NCBI GenBank assembly: GCA_963827275.1 | Contig: CAWHAA010000007.1 | Coordinates: 224,001-288,000, forward strand | Direction: 5' to 3' | Length of the DNA: 64,000 bases | Origin: an uncultured Spirochaetota bacterium | Lineage (GTDB): Bacteria; Spirochaetota; UBA4802; UBA5550 | In this document: positions 29,338 through 39,473 of the stretch, piece by piece | Position numbering within the stretch: position 1 is the stretch's first letter | Layout of the letters: every line of letters begins with the position of its first letter | The notes under the pieces: generated by a model | The model's database searches: none | What the model saw: the letters and a program-made list of their open reading frames with translations, nothing else | Told to the model about the DNA's origin: nothing | Program-made: the position numbers and the translations under genes

Positions 29338-29886
29338 ATGTCGCTGCAACGCCAGAACATTCTGCTGCTCGCAATCAATATCATAGGGGGCTGCGCGGTT
29401 ATCGGCAGCTACGTACACGGGTTCCTGTCCAACCCGGACAAAACCGCGTATCTATGGGGAAACGTGCCTAAATCGATCATCCCCCTGTATACGGTGTCAA
29501 TGCTTACGGCCGCCCTCGGCTATATCGCGTTCACCGGTTTCCTTCTTTTCTTCGTGCCTGCCGGCGAGGCGGTGATTGCCGGACGTTTTTCATACCGGGC
29601 CTTCCACTGGCTCTATGCCGCAATCCTCGTTTTTTCCGCGCTCTGGATGCCGCTCACCTTCGCGATGATAGCCCATCCCTCCGCCGGGTTATGGGTCATG
29701 GTCCGTCTTGTGCTCGCGGTCGTCGGTATCGGCTCGATCGGGCTCCTGGCGGCATTGCTGGCCCTGACGCCGGACACGCCGGCATGGGCGTACCGGGCCG
29801 CGGTGGCCGGCTGCGCGCTTTTCTGCCTCCAGACGTCCCTGCTTGACGCGCTGGTGTGGACCGCGTACTTCCCGTTCAGGCTCTAG
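29338..29886 (+). CDS. uncharacterized multi-pass membrane protein
   Basis: Five hydrophobic helices. Lies directly downstream of the Aas-like gene. Confidence 0.7.
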   Translation: MSLQRQNILLLAINIIGGCAVIGSYVHGFLSNPDKTAYLWGNVPKSIIPLYTVSMLTAALGYIAFTGFLLFFVPAGEAVIAGRFSYRAFHWLYAAILVFSALWMPLTFAMIAHPSAGLWVMVRLVLAVVGIGSIGLLAALLALTPDTPAWAYRAAVAGCALFCLQTSLLDALVWTAYFPFRL

Positions 29887-30096
29887 CGGTCAGGGCGGCA
29901 GGGTGCGGCATGGCGGCGCGGGTAGTACCGGCCGCGTTCGCGGTATATTCCTTGACATCACAACGCCTTTTTTTGTTTAGTACATAGTGTCATACCGCGG
30001 GCTGCTCTGCGACATTGTGATGCCGGTTGAATTTCACTGCCTATCACGTACAGCCATCCCGGAAACAACCAATTTATAAAAGAAGGTCTGAAAACA

Positions 30097-31736
30097 ATGC
30101 TCAATGTGTCCGATATTTCGCTTTCCTTCGGGAAGCGAGTCCTCTTCAAGGAAGTCAACATCAAGTTTTCCCCTGGAAACTGCTACGGGCTCATCGGCGC
30201 GAACGGGTCCGGGAAATCCACGTTTCTGAAAATACTTTCCGGCGAGATCGATCCGTCAACCGGCGAGGTCTCCCGTAACCCGAAGGAGCGGATCGCGATG
30301 CTGCGGCAGGACCAGTCCGCCTTCGATGAATACCCCGTGCTGGACACCGTGATCATGGGCCACGGGGCGCTGTACGCGGTGCTGAAGGAGCGGGACGAGA
30401 TATATTCGAAGGATGATTTTTCAGAGGAAGACGGCCACCGCGCGGCCGAGCTCGAGGAGATGCTGGACGAGATGAACGGCTACGACGCCGAGCCTGACGC
30501 GGCGGCCCTCCTCGGCGGCCTCGGGATAGACGACGAGCTGCACACTAAGAAGATGAAAGAGCTGGAAGGGGGACAGAAGGTGCGCGTGCTGCTTGCTCAG
30601 GCCCTGTTCGGCAACCCGGACATCCTCCTGCTCGACGAGCCGACCAACAACCTCGACATCGAATCGATCACCTGGCTCGAGAATTTTCTCTACAACTTCA
30701 ACAACACGGTCATTGTCGTTTCCCACGACCGGCATTTCATCAACAAGGTCTGCACGCATATCGCCGACATCGACTACGGGAAGATCATGATCTACGCCGG
30801 CAACTATGACTTCTGGGCGCAGGCCAGCCAGCTGGCGGTCAAGCAGAAGAAAGAGGAAAACAAGAAGAAGGAAGACAAGATACGGGAGCTCCAGTCGTTC
30901 ATCGAGCGCTTCAGCTCCAACGCCTCCAAGGCGCGGCAGGCGACCTCGAGGAAAAAGCTCGTGGAAAAGCTCACCATCGACGAGATCCCCGTGACATCGC
31001 GCCGGTTCCCCTACGTGGCCTTCAAGCCGGACCGGGAATGCGGGAAGATGGTGCTTTCAGTGGAAAACCTGTGCAAGACCGTCGAGGGCGGACCGGTCCT
31101 GGATGATTTCAGCCTCATCGTGAACCGGAGGGACAAGATCGCCTTCGTCGGGCCAGAACAACCTCGTGAAGACCGTCCTGTTCGAGATCCTCATGGGCGA
31201 GATGAAGCCCGATTCCGGGGATTATCAAATGGGGGGAGACCATCACCACCGCCTATTTCCCGAAGGAAAACGCGCGCTACTTCGACAATGACATGACGCT
31301 CGTCGATTGGCTCCGCCAGTATCACGACGGAAAAGGACGAGACCTACGTGCGCGGCTTCCTCGGGAGGATGCTCTTCTCCGGCGAGACGAGTCGCTGAAA
31401 AGGTGAACGTGCTCTCGGGCGGGGAGCGGGTCCGCTGCATGCTCTCCCGGATGATGCTATCGGGGCCAACGCGCTGGTGCTCGACGACCCGACCAACCAC
31501 CTGGACCTGGAGTCGATCACGTCGCTGAACAACGGCCTCATCAATTTTCCCGAGCGTGCTTCTCTTCTCGTCGCACGACCACCAGTTCATCGACACCATC
31601 GCGAACCGGATCGTGGAGATCACGCCCGCCGGCGTCATGGACCGGGCCATGACGCTTCGACGAGTATATCGTCAGCGACGAGATCAGGCGGATCAGGGAC
31701 GAGATGTACCACGGGCACCAGCGCCTGAGCATATAG
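30097..31736 (+). CDS. ABC-F family ATPase (YbiT/YkpA-like); 3' third broken by multiple indels
   Basis: First NBD is intact (GANGSGKST, LLLDEPTNNLD). Second NBD fragments (VRGFLGRMLFSG, LSGGERVRC, LDDPTNHLD, SHDHQF) are scattered over three frames between 31150 and 31736. Confidence 0.85.
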
Positions 31737-31755
31737 CCGGCGCTCCGCCGCGGGC

Positions 31756-32829
31756 TTACCCCTTTGACGGCGGCTTTTCCTCCCAGTCCCAGAAGAAGTC
31801 CTTGTTCGTGAGTTCCTTCTCTTCCTCCCCGGGGCGGTCCGCCCTGCGCACCGAATCGGGCAGATCGGCGGTATGTGAATGGAAGAATTCAAGCTGGTCT
31901 TCAAGGTCCGCGGTCTCGTCCTCCCAGTACTGCACCGTGCCGAAATGGGGAAAGGCGGCGGGAAACGCCGGGTCCTGCCACCGCTGGGCGATCCACGACG
32001 CGTACCGTATGTACCGCAGGGCCCTGAGCGGCTCGATCAGCCGGAGCCAGGCGGCATCGAAATCGCGGAACTGCCGGTAGGCATCAAGGAACACCTCGCG
32101 CTGCCGCAGCCCTTCACGGTCCCGTGCCGGCACGAGCATCCACATGTCCTGGACGGCCGGCCCGGTCAGGAAGTCATCGAAATCGAGAAAGAACCATCCC
32201 TCGCTTCCGTGCAGCAGGTTGCCGAGATGGCAGTCCCCGTGAATACGGTGGAAGGGGACGCCCTTTGCCAGCGTCCCGTAGATATCCACCACCTCGAGGA
32301 CCGCGTTCCGGTACCGGGCCCTGCAGTGCGGCGGAAGGAAATCGTGCTCTTCCAGGAAGGCCAGCGGCTGCAGCCCGTAGGATTCGCCGGTCAGGGCGAT
32401 ACGGTGCGCGGCCGTTTTAGCCGCGCCGTTGTTATGGATCCGCGCGCACAACCTGCCCAGTATCCCGATCTCTTCGTCGCTGAGCTCGTCGGGGACCCTC
32501 CCGCCGGTCCTGGGCCATATCGCGTAGAGTATCCCCTCGACCTCGCGGAGGGTGCCGCCGCCGGGGAAGGGGAGCGGCGCGCATACCGGGATCTCGTCAC
32601 TTCTGAGCTCGTGCAGAAAGGCGTGCTCCTCGAGGATCTGCTCCCTGGTCCACCTGCCGGGCCGGTAGAACTTGCTCACGACATGCGATCCGTCCTCCAG
32701 CATGAGGTCGTACACCCTGTTCTCATAGCTGTTCAGGGCAAGGCAGTGGCCGGTCGGCTCGAAACCTCCCTGTTCAACCGCCCTGATGACGATATCGGGG
32801 GTCAGGTTAAAGAAAAAATTGCTCATCAT
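31756..32829 (-). CDS. srkA: stress response kinase A (SrkA/RdoA/YihE)
   Basis: Motifs 'LNSYENRVY', 'KFYRPGRW...QILEEH', HGDCHLGN, LDFDD and 'WQDPAFPAAFP'. Confidence 0.92.
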   Translation of the reverse strand: MMSNFFFNLTPDIVIRAVEQGGFEPTGHCLALNSYENRVYDLMLEDGSHVVSKFYRPGRWTREQILEEHAFLHELRSDEIPVCAPLPFPGGGTLREVEGILYAIWPRTGGRVPDELSDEEIGILGRLCARIHNNGAAKTAAHRIALTGESYGLQPLAFLEEHDFLPPHCRARYRNAVLEVVDIYGTLAKGVPFHRIHGDCHLGNLLHGSEGWFFLDFDDFLTGPAVQDMWMLVPARDREGLRQREVFLDAYRQFRDFDAAWLRLIEPLRALRYIRYASWIAQRWQDPAFPAAFPHFGTVQYWEDETADLEDQLEFFHSHTADLPDSVRRADRPGEEEKELTNKDFFWDWEEKPPSKG

Positions 32830-32924
32830 TATTGATCACACATAGACCATGGCGGTTGATAATGCAAACAGATATTTATCCCGTATTGAATTCTTTGCCG
32901 CGGACGGCGCGGGCGTTTCCGCCC

Positions 32925-33563
32925 TCAGGCGGGAAGCATCAGGAGCATCGCGGCGTAATGCAGCGCTGCGCCGGCAAGTATGAACAGGTGAAAAATCTCG
33001 TGGAACCCGAACCTTCCGGGGCACGGGTCGGGCTTTTTCAGGGCATAGATAACGGCGCCGGCCGTGAAACATACCCCCCCGCCGATAAAGAGCAGGAAGA
33101 CACTGGCCGGCATCGCGATGAAGAACTTGTGGATCGGCACCACGGCAAGCCATCCCATGAGCACATAGATGCCCGCCGAAAGCCGCCGGGGCGCGGACAG
33201 GTAGAACAATTTGAAGAAAAAGCCGAAAAGGACCAGCGTCCACTGGGCGGCAAGCATGAACACGAGCCATCCGCCGGCGAGGTAGGCCCAGGACGGCGGC
33301 GTGTAGGTGCCGGCGATCATGAGGAATATCGCCAGGTGGTCGAGCTTCCTGAATACGGTCTCGTCGTTTTCCGCGGTCTTTGATGCGTGGTACAGGGAGC
33401 TGGCGGAGAACAATGCGGTCGCCGAGAGGCCGTATATCAGCATGGTCGCGAAGACGGGGGCATCGCCCCAGCTCCGGTAGAGCAGATACGCGGTGCCGGC
33501 CGCGGCCGCTATCGCGCCGGCGAAGTGGGTATAGAATGATACCGTTTCTTTTTTACTGATCAT
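32925..33563 (-). CDS. hemolysin III / PAQR family membrane protein (second paralog)
   Basis: Motifs 'SFYTH', 'SSLYH', 'KLDHLAIFLMIAGTYTP' and 'GFHEIFHLFIL'. Confidence 0.92.
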   Translation of the reverse strand: MISKKETVSFYTHFAGAIAAAAGTAYLLYRSWGDAPVFATMLIYGLSATALFSASSLYHASKTAENDETVFRKLDHLAIFLMIAGTYTPPSWAYLAGGWLVFMLAAQWTLVLFGFFFKLFYLSAPRRLSAGIYVLMGWLAVVPIHKFFIAMPASVFLLFIGGGVCFTAGAVIYALKKPDPCPGRFGFHEIFHLFILAGAALHYAAMLLMLPA

Positions 33564-33610
33564 GTTCGGACCGCCTGTTCCATGTAGTCAGAATAGTCAA
33601 GGTGCGGCAG

Positions 33611-34417
33611 TTACTTCACCAGCAGGAAATAGCATAATACTGCGATGCCCAGAATGATGCGGTAATACCCGAACGGGATGAAGTTGCGCCTGCTGATGAA
33701 CTTCATGAACCCGGCGATGACCAGGAGCGCCACGATGAATGACACGGCGAACCCAACGCCAAGGACCAGGTACTGGTCGCTGGTCGGCGCGGTGTCCGCC
33801 TTCAGCAGCGAGTATGCGGATGCGGCGCACATGGTCGGGACGGCGAGAAAAAACGAGAACTCCGCGGCCACGATCCGCGAAGCGCCGATGAACATGGCCC
33901 CGATGATGGTCGCGGCTGACCGGGACGTCCCCGGCACCATCGCGAGGCACTGGATGAGGCCGATGAGAAACGCGTTCGCATACGTGAGGGAGGCGATCGT
34001 GTTTATCGTGCTTTCCCTGTTTCTTCTTTCAAGGTAGATCAGGACAACGCCGCCGATGACAAGGGCCACGGCAACGGTCACGGGATTAAAGAGGTTCTCC
34101 TTTATGTAGCCGCCCGCGACAAGGCCGATTCCCATGGCCGGTATAACGCCGACGATGGTTTTTTTCCACAGGTCGATCGTCTCCCTCCGTCCGGCGGCGC
34201 CCTTGCCCTTTGCCAGCGGGTTCAGCTTGTTCCAGAAGTACACGACGACCGAAAGGATGGCGCCGAGCTGGATGACGATGTCAAACAGGTAGGCGAATGG
34301 TCCGGTGAAATCGACGAACTGGTTTACGATGATCAGGTGGCCGGTCGAGGATATGGGAAGAAATTCCGTGATCCCCTCAACGATGCCGAGTATGATGGAT
34401 TTTACAATGTCGTTCAT
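33611..34417 (-). CDS. uppP: undecaprenyl-diphosphate phosphatase
   Basis: Motifs GIVEGITEFLPISSTGH, IQLGAIL, PGTSRSAATI and AEFSFFLAVP. Confidence 0.97.
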   Translation of the reverse strand: MNDIVKSIILGIVEGITEFLPISSTGHLIIVNQFVDFTGPFAYLFDIVIQLGAILSVVVYFWNKLNPLAKGKGAAGRRETIDLWKKTIVGVIPAMGIGLVAGGYIKENLFNPVTVAVALVIGGVVLIYLERRNRESTINTIASLTYANAFLIGLIQCLAMVPGTSRSAATIIGAMFIGASRIVAAEFSFFLAVPTMCAASAYSLLKADTAPTSDQYLVLGVGFAVSFIVALLVIAGFMKFISRRNFIPFGYYRIILGIAVLCYFLLVK

Positions 34418-34484
34418 GGCCCCCGCCCGGTTGTATTACAGATAAATGTTCAAGCCGCCTGAACGGCAGCGGTGCGATGGATGG

Positions 34485-34499
34485 TCGGCATGATGCCGA
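34485..34499. promoter_or_regulatory. palindromic candidate operator upstream of uppP
   Basis: Perfect TCGGCAT-g-ATGCCGA inverted repeat lying just downstream of a minus-strand TTGACA (34504-34509). Confidence 0.35.
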
Positions 34500-34541
34500 T
34501 ATTTGTCAAGAAATTATACCCGGAGCCGCCGGGATTCCTTT

Positions 34542-35990
34542 TCAGATGCCGTAGTCGGACCGGAACGCTTCCAGGAAGCGTGCGGTAAGGGCGCGCGTCT
34601 CTGTAAACAGCTTCCTGTTCGATAGTGTTGATTTGCTCCAGATCCTGAGCCCGTATTTTATAAAATAATTGTCAATGAACTCGCTGACGGCATTGAAGCG
34701 CAGCGTCGTTTTGCCCGGGGTCCGCGTGTTCCATTCAAAAGAGACCATCGACCCCGCGCCATCGTTCGCCTTCAGCATGACGCGGGACACGTCGTAGACC
34801 AGCTGCTCCATGTTGGAGGGCACGAACATGTCGATCAGCCACCGGGGAATGATGTGGTAGTAGCTCCCGGTAATGCGCGTTTTGGAGACGTCCTCAAGGG
34901 CCATGGTCCACTGGCCTTTCCCCGGGGTGTCCCGGTACTTGCACCGGACGACCACGCTGTCCGTGATGAACTTCAGCCCGTGGACATCGTGGAGCATGTC
35001 AAAAGCCATGGAATACGTGATGTCCCGCATCGCCGGCAGGGCCAGCGCTTCGGCAAAGACCGGGTCCCCTTCATCGTTCCACGGTATGAGCATGCCGCCG
35101 CGGGTATTCAGGGCCAGTCCCAGCACGTCGTCGCGGCTGTCAAAGACAATGGCAAGGACGGTATGGCCCCTGTCATTTTTTACTTTCATGTTGATGGAGT
35201 AGAGCCCCTTGATGTTTTTGATGGACCTGGCAAGCTCCGGGAAGTCTTTTTTCAGGGCTTCCAGCCGGTACCCGTACCGGAGGGACAGGTTCGTGTAAGG
35301 AATGCCGTTATGGCTCTTTATCGTGAGAAATGACCGGAGGAGCGAGTACCGGCTGAATAATTCCGACACGCGCGGGAACAGTCTGTAGAATTCATCGATT
35401 ACGTTCCGCGACTCGCCCTGGATGTCGGGGTAGAGGCCGCACGCCGGGGCATGCAGTCTCCGGATGTTTACCGGATCGATCACTTTGAGCAGGGCCTCCA
35501 CGAACAGCAGCGCGTTCCTGTGGGAATAGCGCCCGGTGGCGGTCGTCGAATCTATGGAGCAGATGAAAGACCGGCCGCCGGCTATGCAGGCGCCGTTTTT
35601 TTTCAATGCGTAGTGTGTCGTAAAATCCCAGATGCGGGATTCCGCGCACCGGTCGCTGTTGTCAGTTACAAAGTTCAGCAGGTAATAGGCATCGGTATTG
35701 CATCCCTGGTACGTGAGTCCCCGGAACCCGTTATTCATCTCTTTCAGGTACGGGCTTTCGTAGATTTTGTTGAAATCGAAATTTTCCATGGTCGAGCGCA
35801 TGAATTTTCTCAACGCGTCGGTTTCCGGGTCGCTCCGGTAGTGGACGTCGGTCTTTTCGAGAAGGCCCACGATTTCCTTCACGGCCTCCCTTCCTTTCCC
35901 GCCGGGGACAATGTCCCTGAGCGTGTCATTGAACGTGTAGGCGGCGATGTTCACCCATGAGACGATCGCTGCAATCATCAATCCTGTCAT
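34542..35990 (-). CDS. hypothetical protein (N-terminal hydrophobic segment)
   Basis: 482-aa ORF with coding-like codon usage. No family was recognised. Confidence 0.7.
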   Translation of the reverse strand: MTGLMIAAIVSWVNIAAYTFNDTLRDIVPGGKGREAVKEIVGLLEKTDVHYRSDPETDALRKFMRSTMENFDFNKIYESPYLKEMNNGFRGLTYQGCNTDAYYLLNFVTDNSDRCAESRIWDFTTHYALKKNGACIAGGRSFICSIDSTTATGRYSHRNALLFVEALLKVIDPVNIRRLHAPACGLYPDIQGESRNVIDEFYRLFPRVSELFSRYSLLRSFLTIKSHNGIPYTNLSLRYGYRLEALKKDFPELARSIKNIKGLYSINMKVKNDRGHTVLAIVFDSRDDVLGLALNTRGGMLIPWNDEGDPVFAEALALPAMRDITYSMAFDMLHDVHGLKFITDSVVVRCKYRDTPGKGQWTMALEDVSKTRITGSYYHIIPRWLIDMFVPSNMEQLVYDVSRVMLKANDGAGSMVSFEWNTRTPGKTTLRFNAVSEFIDNYFIKYGLRIWSKSTLSNRKLFTETRALTARFLEAFRSDYGI

Positions 35991-36175
35991 TTCATCAATA
36001 CCGATATGAGGTTGTAATCATATTTTTTCAGATTCGCGTGCGGCTGCGCTGCCGGGGTGAGGCCAATTCCGGGGCGCCCCGGTGCGGCGCGGGCCCTGCG
36101 GCAACGGGGCATTAAACAACGCGGTTGGAAACACGTCTAATACTTTTTGGGAGCGGTAAACAATAATAAGGGGTG

Positions 36176-37108
36176 TTATATTCTCTTGCACATCTTGTTC
36201 TGATACATCAGCTCATCCGCCCGCGCGATCATTTCATCGAGTTCGGCACCCGCGGCCGGGTCCCATTTCACTATACCCCAGCTCATGGAGATGATGTACT
36301 GGTGGTCGGCGTACTCGTTGTAGCTGTTGATGCAGCTGATGATCCGTTCGTCAATCGCCTCGAGGTTCCCCGCGTCAGCGTTGATCATCATCACCAGGAA
36401 TTCATCGCCGCCCCAGCGGGAGATAACATCAGAATTACGAAATACTTTTTTTAAGATGCCTGCCGCGGCGATTATGGCGGCGTCGCCGGCATCATGGCCG
36501 AAAGCGTCATTGATATGCTTCATGTGGTCCAGGTCGAAGAACCCGATGATCATGGCCCGCCCGGTCCGTTTCGCGATATCGACATGCTGGCGGGCGAGAT
36601 GGCGGAATCCCCGTCGGTTATATATCCCCGTGAGGTCGTCCAGCAGGGTTATCTCCTGCATCCGTCTCTCAAGGTCCCTGCTTTTAATGAGCTCCTTCGT
36701 CAGGACCTGGTTTTTTTGGAGCATTCCCATGTCAAAGCGGTGGCGGTGCCTCGTCATCTCGATCTGGATGATGAGCTCCTGGGCGCGGTACGGCTTGAGT
36801 ACAAACCCGTACGGGATCTGGGTTGCGGCCCTGTTTACGAACTGCTCATCGGTGTAGGTGGTGAGGAAAATTATGGGGATGTTGTTCTCATGACGGATCT
36901 TTGCCGCAGCATCAATCCCGTCCATGTCGCCCTTCAGAATAATGTCCATGATGATGATGTCAGGCTTCAGCGTCCGTGCGGCCTGGATCGACTTTTCCGC
37001 GGTATCGACAGTGTCCACCACACTATAGCCGCACTTCTGCAGTGTCAGGCTGATATCATGGGCTATCAATGCCTCATCTTCAACAATAAGAACTTTGTAA
37101 TCCTTCAT
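36176..37108 (-). CDS. response regulator diguanylate cyclase (REC-GGDEF)
   Basis: REC domain (VEDE, IIMDII, KPY), 'DDLTGIYNRR', 'DLDHMK.IND.FGHDAGD', RNSD I-site and RWGGDEF. Confidence 0.95.
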   Translation of the reverse strand: MKDYKVLIVEDEALIAHDISLTLQKCGYSVVDTVDTAEKSIQAARTLKPDIIIMDIILKGDMDGIDAAAKIRHENNIPIIFLTTYTDEQFVNRAATQIPYGFVLKPYRAQELIIQIEMTRHRHRFDMGMLQKNQVLTKELIKSRDLERRMQEITLLDDLTGIYNRRGFRHLARQHVDIAKRTGRAMIIGFFDLDHMKHINDAFGHDAGDAAIIAAAGILKKVFRNSDVISRWGGDEFLVMMINADAGNLEAIDERIISCINSYNEYADHQYIISMSWGIVKWDPAAGAELDEMIARADELMYQNKMCKRI

Positions 37109-37303
37109 GACTTGTACAAATTATTAATCCATACAGACGGTTATTTTGTATGGACTTATTCACTATCTATATTTTGTCAATATATTTATAAAAAAAATGA
37201 TCATTTTTAATTATTATACATAAAACAACCGGCGGGCTAATAGTACAGTGATATTTGCAGAACTATTCACTCTTTCGTATTGATGATGCCTCTGATCAAT
37301 TCT

Positions 37304-39473
37304 TCACGCCTCGATGGACTGGTCCTGGCTTTCAAGCTTCATGCCGGGCAGGGATATAAAAAATGTCGAGCCCTTCATATACTCCGAGGTGAACCAGATT
37401 TTTCCCTTGTGGGTTTCGGTAATCATCCGGTGCACCACGTAGAGCCCGATACCGGAGATGGATTTTTGCTTGTATGATGACTTTGTCGTAAAATAGGGCG
37501 CGAATATCTTCTTCCTGTCCTCCTCGGCGATACCGATGCCGTTGTCCGTGACCTCTATGAGAATTGAGTCCTGGTCCCGGGTTAGCCGCACGGTTATACG
37601 CGGGTGGTATTGTTTTCGTTCCTCCGTGGTCATGTGGTTTTTCATCTTTTCATTGGTCGCTTCGTACGCGTTATCGATGATGTTGTACATCGCTTCCATC
37701 AGCTGGGTCATTATCCCGTAAATGAGATCGTCATCCCCGGCGTCAAGCGATATGGGGATGTCCTCGATCCCGTGCTTGATCCTGACGAGGTCCTTCGCCC
37801 CTTCCAGCAGCTCCCTGAAGGAGATGCCGGAGAAATAATTCTGCTTATCGTCGGAAAACGTGAAATTCAGTATCCCCTGGATAACGCCGTTTGTTTTTTT
37901 TACATTGTCGATTATCGATTCCCCTATCTCATTTAAGGAACCGAACACCGTCCCGACATCGGGGTTCTGCTCGACCAGCGTTGAATTCCTGCGCATAAAA
38001 TCATCCACCTCGAGCCGTATCTGCATCGCGGCGAGCGAAAAATGGTTGAGCCTGTTGCGGATCTGGTGGGCGACCCCCTCCGCCATGCCGCCGACGAGCG
38101 CGAGCTTTTCAGCCTGGAAAAGCCGCTCCTGGGTGCTTTTGCGCTCATCCATGTAGAGGCAGTTTTCTATCGCAAGCGCGATCTGGTGGGAGAGAATATC
38201 AAAGGTGTCGATGTCATCAGTGGAGTAATACGACCCGTCGATCTTGTTGCCCAGGACCAGGAAGCCCAGCAGGCGGTCTTCGATGAGAGAGGGCACCAGG
38301 ATGCTGGTCTTTGTCAGGGGCGCGCCGGCAACGATGCCGGGCTCCATCTCCGGGGAGACCGGTTTTTGCTGCTTTCGCATAAGCTCGACGACCGGGTCGT
38401 CGTAGCTGAATTTTGCCCCCGCGGCAAAGACGGTGTCATCGCTCGCGCTTGCCAGCCGGAAATATCCGTTGACCGGATCGTCCAGGAAGATCGCAGCATA
38501 GTCGATCTTGATAACGGACCTGACCCCGTACATGACCAGCTTTCACGAGGCGCTCGATATTGTGGACGCGGAGGATCGTCTTGGCGGAGTCATGCAGTAT
38601 CTTCTGGTACTCGCGTTGCCGGGAAAAAATCACGTCCTCCGCCTTCACGTGGAGATAGCGGTACAGGATCGGGCCCATTGTTGCAAGGACGAAGAGCGTG
38701 AAGAAGGAGAGGAACCCGAATTTCGTGTGAAAGCCTATGATGAACGGGATACCGAGTACCATGGCGTATACCGCCAGGAAAATCCCGGTCCGCGAGAGCA
38801 CCACCTTGATGTCCAGCAGACGGTAGCGGGCGATGGCGTATCCCATAAGCCCGACATAGGTCCCGACGAGGATATTGGCGTAGGGAGGGAAATCAAAGCC
38901 GTACCACATCGGCCAGTTGGAGGCGCCGCCAAGGAATCCGATAATCCCCGATACGATAGTATACTTCGTCTGTTCCCGTTTGATCCCCGTTGCTTTTTTT
39001 AAATAGCGCACCAGCAAAATGAAGATATAGAGGGCTTCCCACACCCAGAAAGCGAGATACCCGTTGAACAGCATGGTGGTGTCGGGCCACAGTCCCAGCC
39101 CGTGCCGCGGTTCGAGGCCCGTGTAGAGAAATGGGCCAAGGTTCAGGGCGAGGAATATGGCGTTTATTAGATAATAGGCAATAATTTCTTTTTTTTTCTT
39201 TTCGAAGGTGCTTACCAGGCATAACACATAGTGCAGCAGGGTCACGTTTATAAGGATTATGCCGATAAAGAGCGCTTTGAACCAGAAGAGTGCGGTTGCC
39301 TGTTCATGCGAGAGCTGCCAGAAAAAATATCCGAGGCCGTACAGGCCGACGCTCAGGCTGAAATAAAAGAAGTGCCTGTTCTGCTGACCACGGGGATTTT
39401 TTATGAATACAAATGTGCCGAATACTACACTGGTCAGAAAATTGATGAGACCGGTTATTGCAAGAAACGTCAT
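37304..39473 (-). CDS. 7TM (HisKA_7TM-type) - GAF - histidine kinase; split by a +1 frameshift near 38542
   Basis: ORF 38436..39473 is the 7TM sensor. ORF 37304..38533 carries the GAF domain, H-box AHQIRNRL, N-box NIIDNA, DNGIGI, FTTK and GIGL. Removing one A in GTGAAAGCTG restores ...RLVKLVMYGV..., about 722 aa. Confidence 0.85.
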
